A DNA stretch of 64,000 nucleotides from an uncultured Bacteroidales bacterium (GTDB lineage: Bacteria; Bacteroidota; Bacteroidia; Bacteroidales; CAIXTV01). The translations under genes were made by a program, and so were the position numbers. The notes under the pieces were generated by a model. That model did not search any database. It had not been told where the DNA came from and saw only the letters and a list, made by a program, of their open reading frames with translations. Shown one piece after another: positions 17,016 through 26,600 of this stretch (the first letter of the stretch is position 1; the number at the start of each line of letters is the position of its first letter). Location of the stretch: the NCBI GenBank assembly GCA_964543995.1, contig CAZJBB010000002.1, positions 2,757-66,756 of the forward strand. Reading direction: 5' to 3'.

Positions 17016-18314
17016 CTATTTATTGTAAAGCAGATGAAAGTCGGTGAGGGTGTCGGAAAAAGCAATAGGGTTATGCATTGAAAGCCCCGGCCAAGAATAC
17101 ACTTCTATGGAGGTGGGTCCGGCCAAATAAATATCATTGTTTAGACTATTGATTCTTATTTGACGTGCTGTTTTACCGGTAATGATGGCATTAAGCGACT
17201 CTGAAATCATATCAAACACAAAAACATCGTTTGTTCCTGCAATCAAAAGGTGAGTTTGATCCAATACCTCCACCCGGGTAATGGCTTGATTGAATGCAGT
17301 AGCGACATTGGCAAAGGAATTATTGACAATACTATAGAGCTTGATAGCACCCACCGCATTCTCGTTTCCAATCAAATACACAAAATTGGGGGCTTTGGTG
17401 GCCATGCCCACTGTGGAAAATGCATTTAAGGGTAATTGCTGTAATAAATATCCGGTGGAAAGGGTGTACACACAAACTTTATCCTGTTGTCCTAACATGC
17501 TCTTTTTATCACATATTAAATAAGAACCATGGAGAAATGTAATTGTGGGTATCCAATTGGTTTCGATGCTGCTTGCCGTAAAAACTTGCGAACCACTTGA
17601 CGTAAACCCCTTTAAATCCCCATTATTAAAACTAATATATAGCAAATTATTAGGTGCCAAATATAGGTTTTCGAAATAAGGAAACGGAGGAGATGCTTGA
17701 TTGGAAAGCGTCCATTGATTTTGTTGTTGAGCGAGATCAAAAGCCGCTAATGGCAAACTGTATTTGCCACCCCAAAATAAGAGCTGGCAGTTTGAGTTCA
17801 CCGCGCTCACAATAAGATCGCTGTTAGAAGTCACTAAGTTTTGTTGAAGCGAAGCACTATCCGCTTTTATAATATGGATCTGATTTAGATTTTTAGTAAT
17901 TCCAATAATTCCCATGAGCTTTTGAGGAATTCCCGTGATGTAAACTGGGTGATACGATGATGTTTGATTCACTCCATCGGAAGCCATCACCGAGAGGTAA
18001 TAAATACCCGTATTCAATGAAACATTATGGATGCCATACCACTTGTCAACGATAAATATGGCTGCATTGGGTTGAAAATCCAATTCATTCACTACCGGAA
18101 TTCGATTTTCATTCACCAAACTGACCTTAATCCATTTCACAAGGGTATTGTCGGAAACTTGAATGTTCAAATGCATAGAGTCCATAACAGAAAAGGATGC
18201 ATTTACACCTGGGGCATTAATCACTATGCTTGGGGACTGCGTATCGGTATCTTTTTTACAGGACCACAGTAATATTAGAAAACAAAACCCCAAGAGCGTC
18301 TTTAAATTTAACAT
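17016..18314 (-). CDS. Lipoprotein of unknown function (N-terminal Ig-like domain, probable beta-propeller body)
   Basis: Lipobox LLWSC|KKD, then SPSIVINAP...QVSDNT (Ig-like). The rest is repetitive and beta-rich. The stop abuts the mnmD start region. Confidence 0.7.
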   Translation of the reverse strand: MLNLKTLLGFCFLILLWSCKKDTDTQSPSIVINAPGVNASFSVMDSMHLNIQVSDNTLVKWIKVSLVNENRIPVVNELDFQPNAAIFIVDKWYGIHNVSLNTGIYYLSVMASDGVNQTSSYHPVYITGIPQKLMGIIGITKNLNQIHIIKADSASLQQNLVTSNSDLIVSAVNSNCQLLFWGGKYSLPLAAFDLAQQQNQWTLSNQASPPFPYFENLYLAPNNLLYISFNNGDLKGFTSSGSQVFTASSIETNWIPTITFLHGSYLICDKKSMLGQQDKVCVYTLSTGYLLQQLPLNAFSTVGMATKAPNFVYLIGNENAVGAIKLYSIVNNSFANVATAFNQAITRVEVLDQTHLLIAGTNDVFVFDMISESLNAIITGKTARQIRINSLNNDIYLAGPTSIEVYSWPGLSMHNPIAFSDTLTDFHLLYNK

Positions 18315-18381
18315 GCAGGTAAAATTACAACAAATCTTTGTCAGAATTAAAATAAACTATACATTTGAAAAACATTTTACC

Positions 18382-19086
18382 ATGGCAGGCATTCCCATTG
18401 AAAACATTCTGTTTTTAGATATTGAAACGGTACCACAGTATTCCGAATATGAGGAAGTACCCGAACCTTTTAAAACCTTATGGAATAAAAAAGCCGAACG
18501 TCTTACTCAAAAAGAAGGAGATACGGCAGAAACCTTGTATCAACGAGCGGGAATTTATTCGGAATTCGGTAAAATAATTTGTATTTCCATTGGTTATTTC
18601 AGAGAAAATGCCTTTAAAATCAAGTCATTTGCAAACGATGACGAAAGCATCATCCTAAATGAATTTTCGTCACTTTTGAACAATAAAATCTTCAGAAACA
18701 ATTGGTTTGTATGTGCCCATAACGGAAAAGAGTTCGATTTTCCATACATTGCCCGACGCATGATGGTACATGGAATTCAACTTCCTCACTTATTAAATGT
18801 TACAGGGAAAAAACCCTGGGAAACTTCCTTCTTGGATACCATGGAAATGTGGAAATTTGGCGATTATAAAAACTTTACCTCCTTGGAATTATTGGCAGCC
18901 ATATTTAATATTCCAACCCCCAAAGATGATATCGACGGAAGTCAGGTTGCCGGAGTGTATTGGAAAGAGAAAGATTTACCCCGCATTGCGAGCTATTGCA
19001 ATAAGGATGTGATTACCATTTTTAAAATCTATTTGAGAATGACAGGGAAACCGGAAATCCCGGATTTACAAATTACTTATTTCTAA
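18382..19086 (+). CDS. 3'-5' exonuclease, RNase H-like / PolB-exonuclease-like fold
   Basis: FLDIETVP (ExoI), CAHNGKEFDFPYI (ExoII) and YCNKDV (ExoIII). The start is moved to the ATG at 18382 because the track ORF start at 18163 overlaps the upstream minus-strand gene. Confidence 0.7.
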   Translation: MAGIPIENILFLDIETVPQYSEYEEVPEPFKTLWNKKAERLTQKEGDTAETLYQRAGIYSEFGKIICISIGYFRENAFKIKSFANDDESIILNEFSSLLNNKIFRNNWFVCAHNGKEFDFPYIARRMMVHGIQLPHLLNVTGKKPWETSFLDTMEMWKFGDYKNFTSLELLAAIFNIPTPKDDIDGSQVAGVYWKEKDLPRIASYCNKDVITIFKIYLRMTGKPEIPDLQITYF

Positions 19087-19575
19087 TTTTCTGTCATATA
19101 CCTGAAACTGATAATTAAGTTCGGTTTTTCCGTCTGTCATCATTTCGGATGCTTCTGTTAAATCCCATTGACTTTCAAGTATTTCAGGAAAAAAAACATC
19201 TGCATCAAAGTCCTTAAACACTTTGGTAATGTAAAGTTTTTGTGCCAAGCCGAAAAACTGTTTATAAATTGCACCACCGCCAATAATAAAGTTTTCTTGC
19301 TCATTATCACACGATTCAATGGCTTCTGTTATGGAATATACGGTAATGCTATTATCGATTTTCTCCCCTTCAATGTCCGTCAAAACAATGTTTTTTCTGT
19401 TGGGCAGTGGTTTAAACGGTAAAGATTCCCAGGTTTTTTTCCCCATGACCACGGTATGTCCTGAAGTAATTTTTTTAAAGTGTTTTAAATCGTCGGACAA
19501 GTGCCAAAGCAGATCGTTGTTTTTACCTATGGCATAGTTTTGTGCAATGGCGACAATAATAGAAATGGGTTTCAT
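19066..19575 (-). CDS. folA: Dihydrofolate reductase
   Basis: IVAIAQNYAIGKNNDLLWHL, VVMGKKTWESL and IIGGGAIY motifs. Directly downstream of thyA. Confidence 0.9.
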   Translation of the reverse strand: MKPISIIVAIAQNYAIGKNNDLLWHLSDDLKHFKKITSGHTVVMGKKTWESLPFKPLPNRKNIVLTDIEGEKIDNSITVYSITEAIESCDNEQENFIIGGGAIYKQFFGLAQKLYITKVFKDFDADVFFPEILESQWDLTEASEMMTDGKTELNYQFQVYDRKLEISNL

Positions 19576-19584
19576 GAGTGTATT

Positions 19585-20379
19585 TTAAATGGAAACAGCG
19601 GCTTTAATATGGGGCAAAGGATCGTAGTTGGTTAATTGGAAATCATCATAAGTAAAATCGAAAATATCATGAACCAAAGGATTAATAGACATTACAGGCA
19701 ATTCTTTGGGGGTTCTGCTGAGTTGTAATTTGGCCTGATCCAAATGGTTGAGGTACAGGTGGGCATCACCCAAGGTATGTACAAACTCCCCTGCTTGCAA
19801 ACCACATACTTGAGCCATCATTAAAGTAAGTAATGCATAGGACGCAATATTAAAAGGAACGCCTAAAAAAATGTCGGCACTTCGCTGATATAGCATACAG
19901 GATAACTTTCCTTGTGCTACATAAAACTGAAAAACGATGTGGCAAGGAGGCAAAGCCATTTTTTCAATTTCTCCAACATTCCAAGCACTCACCAATAAGC
20001 GTCTGGAGTCTGGGTTTTTCTTAATCATTTCAACCAAGGAAGTGATTTGATCTATTTGTCTGTTGTCGGCTGTATTCCAACTTCTCCATTGTGCACCATA
20101 GATGGGTCCTAGATTTCCGTTTTCGTCTGCCCATTCATCCCAAATACTCACCTTATTTTCTTTTAAATAGGCAATGTTGGTTTCGCCTTTTAAAAACCAA
20201 AGCAACTCATAAATAATCGACCGTAAGTGCAATTTTTTGGTGGTCAACAAAGGAAATCCTTTGGCTAAATCGAATCGCATTTGGTGTCCAAAAACACTCA
20301 TCGTTCCGGTTCCGGTTCTGTCGTCTTTTTGAACACCGTGTTCCAAAACATGTTGAAGTAAGTCGAGGTATGGTTTCAT
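19585..20379 (-). CDS. thyA: Thymidylate synthase (ThyA)
   Basis: 264 aa with the LPPCH active-site context ([12 protein letters not shown]), DRTGTGT and the [16 protein letters not shown] blocks. Confidence 0.95.
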   Translation of the reverse strand: MKPYLDLLQHVLEHGVQKDDRTGTGTMSVFGHQMRFDLAKGFPLLTTKKLHLRSIIYELLWFLKGETNIAYLKENKVSIWDEWADENGNLGPIYGAQWRSWNTADNRQIDQITSLVEMIKKNPDSRRLLVSAWNVGEIEKMALPPCHIVFQFYVAQGKLSCMLYQRSADIFLGVPFNIASYALLTLMMAQVCGLQAGEFVHTLGDAHLYLNHLDQAKLQLSRTPKELPVMSINPLVHDIFDFTYDDFQLTNYDPLPHIKAAVSI

Positions 20380-20398
20380 GTAAAATTGGTTTCAATTT

Positions 20399-21136
20399 TC
20401 AAAAATACACAACAAAACATCCCGGAAAATGCTTTTCGGCAGTTTTTTTAAATGCTTCGGCTTTTTGTGCAGTGGAAAAACCACCCGAAATGGCCCTAAA
20501 GAATTTTTTATCGTGAATCAATACCTCTTGACAAACCAAAGGTTCCTTATGGGTTTTCTTGAAATTTTTCTCAAACAATTCCCAATGGGCTTTACTACTG
20601 AAACTACCCAACTGCACCCCAAAGGATCTTTGGGAGGGCTGAACCTTGCTTTCCCCCACAGTCAAAAGGGTATCTGTTTTCTGTTCTATAAGACTATCCT
20701 TTAGAACCCCGGATTTTTTGACTTTAGCTGCCAATATATTGGTTTTAAACACACTCCCTTCGCCCAATTTTATGATTTCAACTTTTACTTTAGTGAGTCC
20801 GGCATATACATATCCCAGTGCATTGGCTGCTGCTTTAGATAGGTCAATAATTCGATTGGAGATAAAGGGTCCTCTGTCGTTGATTCTCACTACCACTTGC
20901 TTTTGATTGCTCAAATTGGTAATTTTAACTTTGGTATTAAAGGGCAAAGTTGGATGGGCGGCAGTAAGATTATTTTGGGAAAAGGTTTCACCGCTTGCGG
21001 TAATTCGTCCTTCAAAACTATCGGCATAAAATGAAGCAATTCCTTTTTCAACTTTTTTTTGTTGACCCCAGCACTGGGGTTGAAATGGATTGATTAACAA
21101 TATAGAAACACAAAAAATTTGTAATGCAAAATTCAT
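20399..21136 (-). CDS. rlpA: Septal ring lytic transglycosylase RlpA family protein with a C-terminal SPOR domain
   Basis: DPBB domain GIASFYADSFEGRITASGE...VRINDRGPF. C-terminal FGVQLGSFSS...FRAISGGFS is SPOR-like. Confidence 0.8.
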   Translation of the reverse strand: MNFALQIFCVSILLINPFQPQCWGQQKKVEKGIASFYADSFEGRITASGETFSQNNLTAAHPTLPFNTKVKITNLSNQKQVVVRINDRGPFISNRIIDLSKAAANALGYVYAGLTKVKVEIIKLGEGSVFKTNILAAKVKKSGVLKDSLIEQKTDTLLTVGESKVQPSQRSFGVQLGSFSSKAHWELFEKNFKKTHKEPLVCQEVLIHDKKFFRAISGGFSTAQKAEAFKKTAEKHFPGCFVVYF

Positions 21137-21170
21137 TCTTCAAGAAAGGGTTTTGCCGAAAACCGCTCGA

Positions 21171-21755
21171 TTATTTTTTTCTATTTTTTATTATATCCCT
21201 TAATTGAGATGCCGTCTCATATTCTTCGTTTTCAATTGATTTTTTCAGTAAATCTTCCAGTTCAGCAATAGAATACATATCATAAGGGTTTCCTTTTTCT
21301 TCTGTGCTTTCAATGTTTTGGGGAGGAGGAGCCAAAGAATCATCTTCTTCCAGTACAACACCGGCGGCCACCAAAATATTTTCATAAGTATACATGGGGC
21401 AATGGTATCGAACGGCTAAAGCAACGGCATCGGAGGTTCTTGAATCTATTTCTTTGCGAATATGACCATCAAACAATATAAGTTTAGAGTAAAAAACACC
21501 TTCAGAAAAGCGATTGATGATAACTTCTTCGAGGTCAATGCCAAAAGCTTCGGTTGTGGTTTTAAATAGGTCGTGGGTAAGTGGGCGCGAAGGCTTTATT
21601 TTTTCTATCTCAATGGCAATGGATTGAGCTTCGCTTCCCCCAATAATTACAGGTAACCTTCTATTGCCTTTCATCTCGCCTAAAATGAGTGCATACGCTC
21701 CACTTTGCGATTGACTAAAGGAAATCCCCATAATTTCTAACTGAATTTTTTCCAT
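21171..21755 (-). CDS. Bifunctional nuclease (DUF151/BFN) family protein with a C-terminal UVR motif
   Basis: PVIIGGSEAQSIA...RPLTHDL...DSRTSDAVALAVR, and C-terminal EEYETASQLRDII. Confidence 0.8.
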   Translation of the reverse strand: MEKIQLEIMGISFSQSQSGAYALILGEMKGNRRLPVIIGGSEAQSIAIEIEKIKPSRPLTHDLFKTTTEAFGIDLEEVIINRFSEGVFYSKLILFDGHIRKEIDSRTSDAVALAVRYHCPMYTYENILVAAGVVLEEDDSLAPPPQNIESTEEKGNPYDMYSIAELEDLLKKSIENEEYETASQLRDIIKNRKK

Positions 21756-21908
21756 TTATAGATTATCAAAAAAGATTGGATAAAATTACATTTTTTTTTG
21801 TTATAATAGGGATTAAAATTACAATATACTCAACCTTTTCATATAGGTTTCTATATGCTAAAATTTCCTTAATGCTTGAAGAAGTATGTTTTGTAAAAAA
21901 AAATAACA

Positions 21909-21916
21909 TATTTTTG
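21909..21916 (+). promoter_or_regulatory. -7 promoter box TATTTTTG upstream of hppA
   Basis: TAnnTTTG match 28 nt upstream of the ATG at 21944. Confidence 0.4.
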
Positions 21917-21943
21917 CAAAAAAATTAAATCACAAAAAAAACT

Positions 21944-24385
21944 ATGAAAAAAATCCTTTCCCTCATTTCTTTTATTGCATTTCCTTTTTTAGCTTTTTCA
22001 AGCGAAGCTGATTTGAAGATTCCCGATACTATAAAAGACCAACACATTTTATATTTGGGGTTTGTTGTTACTTTGCTTGGACTGTTTTTTGGTTTATATC
22101 AATTTATGAGAGTGCGTAAGCTTCCTGCTCATAAATCTATGTTGGATATAGCTGAAGTTATTTATCAAACATGTAAGGCATATTTAAGACAACAAGGAAA
22201 ATTTCTCGCCATCCTTTTCATTTTTATTGGTGCAGCCGTAGCCGGTTATTTTGGGTTTTTATCACCCATTGGTGAAACCGCTGCTGCAAAATTTGGAAGC
22301 GTTGCTCTGATTATTGGATGGACTGTAATTGGGATATTAGGATCCTATACGGTTGCTGCTTTTGGTATTCGTATGAATACTTTAGCCAACGCCCGTATGG
22401 CATTTGCCTCTTTGAAAAAGAATCCTTTAGACTTATTAAAAATACCTTTAAATGCCGGTATGAGTATTGGTGTGGTGCTGATTTGTGTGGAATTGATTAT
22501 GATGCTCATCATCTTATTATTTATGCCGGGAGATTTGGCCGGTGCTTGTTTTATCGGTTTCGCCATTGGTGAATCTTTAGGTGCTTCTGCTTTGCGTATT
22601 GCCGGTGGTATTTTTACCAAAATTGCTGACATCGGATCTGACTTAATGAAAGTGGTTTTCAAAATTGGGGAAGACGATCCACGTAACCCTGGTGTAATTG
22701 CTGACTGTACAGGTGACAATGCCGGTGATAGCGTTGGACCTACTGCCGATGGTTTTGAAACGTATGGAGTAACCGGTGTTGCACTCATTTCTTTTATCCT
22801 TCTTGCTGTGGGTGGTACTGCTTTTGGAATGACCGACCTTATTACCAGCGATTTAAAAGTGAAATTATTGGTTTGGATTTTTGTAATGCGAATTTTAATG
22901 ATTATCACTTCCATTTTTGCTTTCTATATTAATGGTATGCTCAGCAATGCTTTATACAAAGGAAAAGAAGACTTGGATTTTGAAGCCCCCCTCACCAGCT
23001 TGGTTTGGATTACTTCTCTACTTTCTATTATTGTAACTTTTGCTGCATCTTTTGTTCTTATCCCCGACTTAAACGGAAACACCAATATGTGGTGGATATT
23101 ATCAACCATTATTAGTTGTGGTACCATTGGTGGTGCTTTAATTCCTGAATTCACTAAAATATTTACCTCACCTAAATCGGCTCACGTTAATGAAGTTGTT
23201 GCTGCCGGAAGAGAAGGGGGTGCATCTTTAGTGATCCTTTCCGGTTTGGTTGCTGGTAACTTTTCTGCCCTATGGACAGGTTTGGTTTTCTTTGTTTTAA
23301 TGTTCGTTGCTTATTTCGCAAGTACATTCGGGCTCGATACCTTAATGATTTATCCTTCAATTTTCGCCTTTGGTTTGGTTGCCTTTGGTTTATTAGGAAT
23401 GGGACCGGTAACCATTGCTGTGGATAGTTACGGACCTGTTACCGATAATGCACAATCGGTTTATGAGCTTTCATTAATTGAAGATGATAAAGAAAAAGCA
23501 AGTGCTGAAATTGAAAAAGAATTTGGATTTAAACCTGATTGGGAAAAATCGAAACATTATTTAGAAGCTAATGATGGTGCAGGAAATACATTTAAAGCTA
23601 CCGCTAAACCGGTGTTAATTGGTACTGCTGTGGTTGGTGCCACCACCATGATCTTCTCTTTAATTCTTATGATTGAGAAAACCTTAGGTGTTAAGCCTGA
23701 ATCTATCCTCAATTTATTAAATCCTTATACCATTCTTGGTTTTATTCTTGGTGGATGTGTTATTTATTGGTTTACCGGTGCTTCCATGCAAGCTGTTACC
23801 ACTGGTGCTTACAGAGCCGTTGAATACATCAAGAAAAACATCAACCTCGACCCAAATGCTCCTAAAAAAGCGGATACCGCTAAGTCTATTGAAGTAGTGA
23901 AAATTTGTACCCAATATGCTCAAAAAGGAATGTTTAACATTTTTATTGGCATCTTTTTCTTCGCTTTAGCTTTCGCTTGTCTTTCATCTCCTTCGGGAAT
24001 TGGTGGCGTTAATGCCGTTGCTTTGTTTATCAGCTACTTGATTTCTATCGCGGTTTTTGGATTGTTCCAAGCTATTTTTATGGCCAATGCCGGTGGTTGT
24101 TGGGATAACGCTAAAAAAGTAATTGAAGTGGATTTAAAAGAAAAAGGAACCCCTTTACATGATGCTTCTGTAGTGGGTGATACTGTGGGTGACCCATTTA
24201 AAGATACTTCATCTGTTGCCTTAAACCCCATTATTAAATTTACAACCTTATTTGGTTTATTGGCAATGGAAATTGCAATTTCTCCAAGCTTTAGAGATGT
24301 GGCTCCTTATTTTGGTGTTTCCTTCTTTATCGTTGCTTTAATTTTTGTTTGGAGATCGTTCTACCGTATGAGAATTGAAAAATAA
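21944..24385 (+). CDS. hppA: Membrane-bound pyrophosphatase (M-PPase), long divergent form
   Basis: EDDPRNPGVIADCTGDNAGDSVGPTADGFETYG, DSYGPVTDNA, GNTFKATAKP and GDTVGDPFKDT blocks across many TM helices. Confidence 0.9.
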   Translation: MKKILSLISFIAFPFLAFSSEADLKIPDTIKDQHILYLGFVVTLLGLFFGLYQFMRVRKLPAHKSMLDIAEVIYQTCKAYLRQQGKFLAILFIFIGAAVAGYFGFLSPIGETAAAKFGSVALIIGWTVIGILGSYTVAAFGIRMNTLANARMAFASLKKNPLDLLKIPLNAGMSIGVVLICVELIMMLIILLFMPGDLAGACFIGFAIGESLGASALRIAGGIFTKIADIGSDLMKVVFKIGEDDPRNPGVIADCTGDNAGDSVGPTADGFETYGVTGVALISFILLAVGGTAFGMTDLITSDLKVKLLVWIFVMRILMIITSIFAFYINGMLSNALYKGKEDLDFEAPLTSLVWITSLLSIIVTFAASFVLIPDLNGNTNMWWILSTIISCGTIGGALIPEFTKIFTSPKSAHVNEVVAAGREGGASLVILSGLVAGNFSALWTGLVFFVLMFVAYFASTFGLDTLMIYPSIFAFGLVAFGLLGMGPVTIAVDSYGPVTDNAQSVYELSLIEDDKEKASAEIEKEFGFKPDWEKSKHYLEANDGAGNTFKATAKPVLIGTAVVGATTMIFSLILMIEKTLGVKPESILNLLNPYTILGFILGGCVIYWFTGASMQAVTTGAYRAVEYIKKNINLDPNAPKKADTAKSIEVVKICTQYAQKGMFNIFIGIFFFALAFACLSSPSGIGGVNAVALFISYLISIAVFGLFQAIFMANAGGCWDNAKKVIEVDLKEKGTPLHDASVVGDTVGDPFKDTSSVALNPIIKFTTLFGLLAMEIAISPSFRDVAPYFGVSFFIVALIFVWRSFYRMRIEK

Positions 24386-24400
24386 TATCAACTACTATAA

Positions 24401-24436
24401 AAAATGGCTGTCTCAAAAGGACAGCCATTTTTTTAT
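24401..24436 (+). terminator. Rho-independent terminator of hppA
   Basis: Perfect 12-bp stem aaaatggctgtc / gacagccatttt with a 7-nt loop, followed by a T run. Confidence 0.8.
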
Positions 24437-24637
24437 AATGAAAATCCTTTGCTTTCTATTCAGCTTTGGTCTTTTAAGTTATTGGATACTAAGTTATTAT
24501 ACCATTTTGAATTTTATAATCATCCAATTGAATTATTGATTAAAGGGCAAGCAAAAACGGTCAACCTTATTTCGGCATGGACAGGACAATTTGCGTCTTC
24601 GCTATCCTAAATTCAAACATCAATACCCCGCTTCCTG

Positions 24638-25438
24638 CTACCCTCCAATATTATGAAAAGCATTCGTTAGGTTATGGGTTCCACAAGGGGGTTTTTGCTG
24701 AGTGGCTTGATGTAAAGCCTCTTTAAAGCCTAATTTTCGTATATCAAACTCAAGATCGTTGAACAAACAGGGTTTTAGTTTACCGTCAGACGTAAGTCGT
24801 AATCGAGAACAAACAGAACAATCTCCGCCACTGCCTCCTTCAACGGTCGAAAAGCTACCGGTATGCAACTGCATTTGATGAATAAAGCGAGCTTCTAAGC
24901 CTTCTTTTTCACAAAAAGCTTTTACAGCAAGGGCATCTGCTTCCTGAGAATGCTGTTGAACCACACAATTAACTTTAATGGGAAATAAGCCTGCCAACTT
25001 TGCTGCCCTGATACCGGAGAATACTTTATTGATATCACCTCCGCGGGTAAGGGCATAAAATCGGTCTTTATCTAAGGTGTCGAGACTGATATTAATTCTA
25101 TGTAAGCCCGATTCAAATAAATCTTGGGCAAAATCCTCAAGCAATATACCATTGGTTGTGAGGGATAAGTCCTTAATGCCTTGTAAGGCGGCAATATTGC
25201 GAATCAGTTCCAAAACATTTCTTCGAATCAAAGGTTCTCCCCCTGTAATTCTCACTTTTTCAATTCCCAATTCCACGGCCACTTTTACAAAATCGAATAT
25301 TTCTTCTAAGGTTAGAATTTCGGAATGTTTTAGCAATTGAACCCCCTCTTCGGGCATGCAGTAGGTACACCTGAGGTTGCAACGATCCGTGACTGAAATT
25401 CTCAGATAGTTGATTTTTCGGTTAAATGAGTCGTACAT
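24638..25438 (-). CDS. moaA: GTP 3',8-cyclase MoaA (compact 266-aa form)
   Basis: N-terminal radical SAM cluster CNLRCTYC, second cluster CSVCSRLRLTSDGKLKPC (CxxCx13C), and a C-terminal GG. Confidence 0.8.
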   Translation of the reverse strand: MYDSFNRKINYLRISVTDRCNLRCTYCMPEEGVQLLKHSEILTLEEIFDFVKVAVELGIEKVRITGGEPLIRRNVLELIRNIAALQGIKDLSLTTNGILLEDFAQDLFESGLHRINISLDTLDKDRFYALTRGGDINKVFSGIRAAKLAGLFPIKVNCVVQQHSQEADALAVKAFCEKEGLEARFIHQMQLHTGSFSTVEGGSGGDCSVCSRLRLTSDGKLKPCLFNDLEFDIRKLGFKEALHQATQQKPPCGTHNLTNAFHNIGG

Positions 25439-26600
25439 GCACTAAACTTTCTTTCGGAATATAAGTAGTGTGTTCATCAACAATCATCAATCCTTGAGCA
25501 TTTACCATTGCAGAAATATGTGCCGAACCATGGTAGGAAATAGGTAAAACAGTGCCATCAGCCTCAAAAGAAACAGGAACTAAAGATTTTCTATCCCTTT
25601 TAGGAATCGAGAAATCGGTTTTTATGGGCATTTGAAAAGAAGGAAGGGAAGGTTGCCGGCAGCCCATAAATTTAAAAATAAAGGGCTTTACCAACAGTTC
25701 CGTTTGTACCAAGGAAGAAATTGGATTTCCGGGAAGTCCAAAACACCATTTGTTATTCATGTTCCAAAAAGTGGTAGGTTTCCCCGGCTGAACAGCAATG
25801 CTGTCGAAAACGCAGTTGAACCCTATCTTTTTTAAAACCGAAGGAATAAAATCGAAATCCCCCATGGAAACTCCGCCTGACAGAATGATGATATCTGAAG
25901 TATTCATTACCTCAAGTATCTTTCTTTCGGAAGTTTCTTCATCGTCCGAAATAATACCCCCATAGTTCGCGGAAATTCCAATTTGCTGCAACTGACTGAT
26001 AATTTGAGAAGCATTCCCGTTCCTTATTTGTGAATTTATGGGTAATACCTCCGGCTCAACCAATTCGTTTCCTGTACTGAAAACACAGGCCCTTGGTTTT
26101 ATATAGACTTCAGGATGCGTATATCCCATCGAGGCCATCATGGCAATATGTCGAGGCTGAATGGCGATTCCTTTTGGAACTACCACTTGTCCCTTGGTAA
26201 TATCTTCTGCTTGGTAAGAAATGTTGTTGTTGGTTTTACTTCCCGTGAAAGAAATCCTGTTTTCTCCACAGGGGCTTGTTTCTTCCACTTTAATCACACA
26301 ATCGGCACCCAAGGGAATGGGCGCGCCGGTCATAATTTTTGCGCATTGAAGTTGGGCTATGGTTTTTTCAGGAAAAACCCCTGCCGGTATCACTTCAATC
26401 ACTTCAAGAGGTTGATGAAGGTCTGCCCTCCTACAAGCATAACCATCCATGGCCGATTTATCAAATGGAGGCATATTGATGTCTGCAATTACATCTTTTG
26501 CCAATACACGATTCAAGGAATGAAGCAGTTCAACTTTTTCGCTGGTGGGCTCCAAGACAACGTCTAAAACCTTTGAAATAGCAGATTCGTATGAAATCAT
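25422..26600 (-). CDS. moeA: Molybdopterin molybdenumtransferase MoeA
   Basis: PPFDKSAMDGYA, IMTGAPIP and ILSGGVSMGDFD motifs. Confidence 0.85.
   Translation of the reverse strand: MISYESAISKVLDVVLEPTSEKVELLHSLNRVLAKDVIADINMPPFDKSAMDGYACRRADLHQPLEVIEVIPAGVFPEKTIAQLQCAKIMTGAPIPLGADCVIKVEETSPCGENRISFTGSKTNNNISYQAEDITKGQVVVPKGIAIQPRHIAMMASMGYTHPEVYIKPRACVFSTGNELVEPEVLPINSQIRNGNASQIISQLQQIGISANYGGIISDDEETSERKILEVMNTSDIIILSGGVSMGDFDFIPSVLKKIGFNCVFDSIAVQPGKPTTFWNMNNKWCFGLPGNPISSLVQTELLVKPFIFKFMGCRQPSLPSFQMPIKTDFSIPKRDRKSLVPVSFEADGTVLPISYHGSAHISAMVNAQGLMIVDEHTTYIPKESLVHVRLI

Noticed and set aside
18163-18381. N-terminal extension of the exonuclease ORF
   Set aside because: The extension overlaps the 5' end of the minus-strand lipoprotein gene. 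The conserved exonuclease sequence begins at the Met at 18382 (MAGIPIENILFLDIETVP).
22345-22914. 189-aa ORF antisense to hppA (also 22924..23154, 23717..23923 and 24034..24231)
   Set aside because: It lies entirely inside a well-supported conserved CDS. Its translation is low-complexity (P/A/I/K-rich) with no motif, as is typical of shadow ORFs.
24404-24610. 68-aa ORF downstream of hppA
   Set aside because: Its start codon lies inside the hppA terminator stem. There is no promoter box, and the sequence is featureless.
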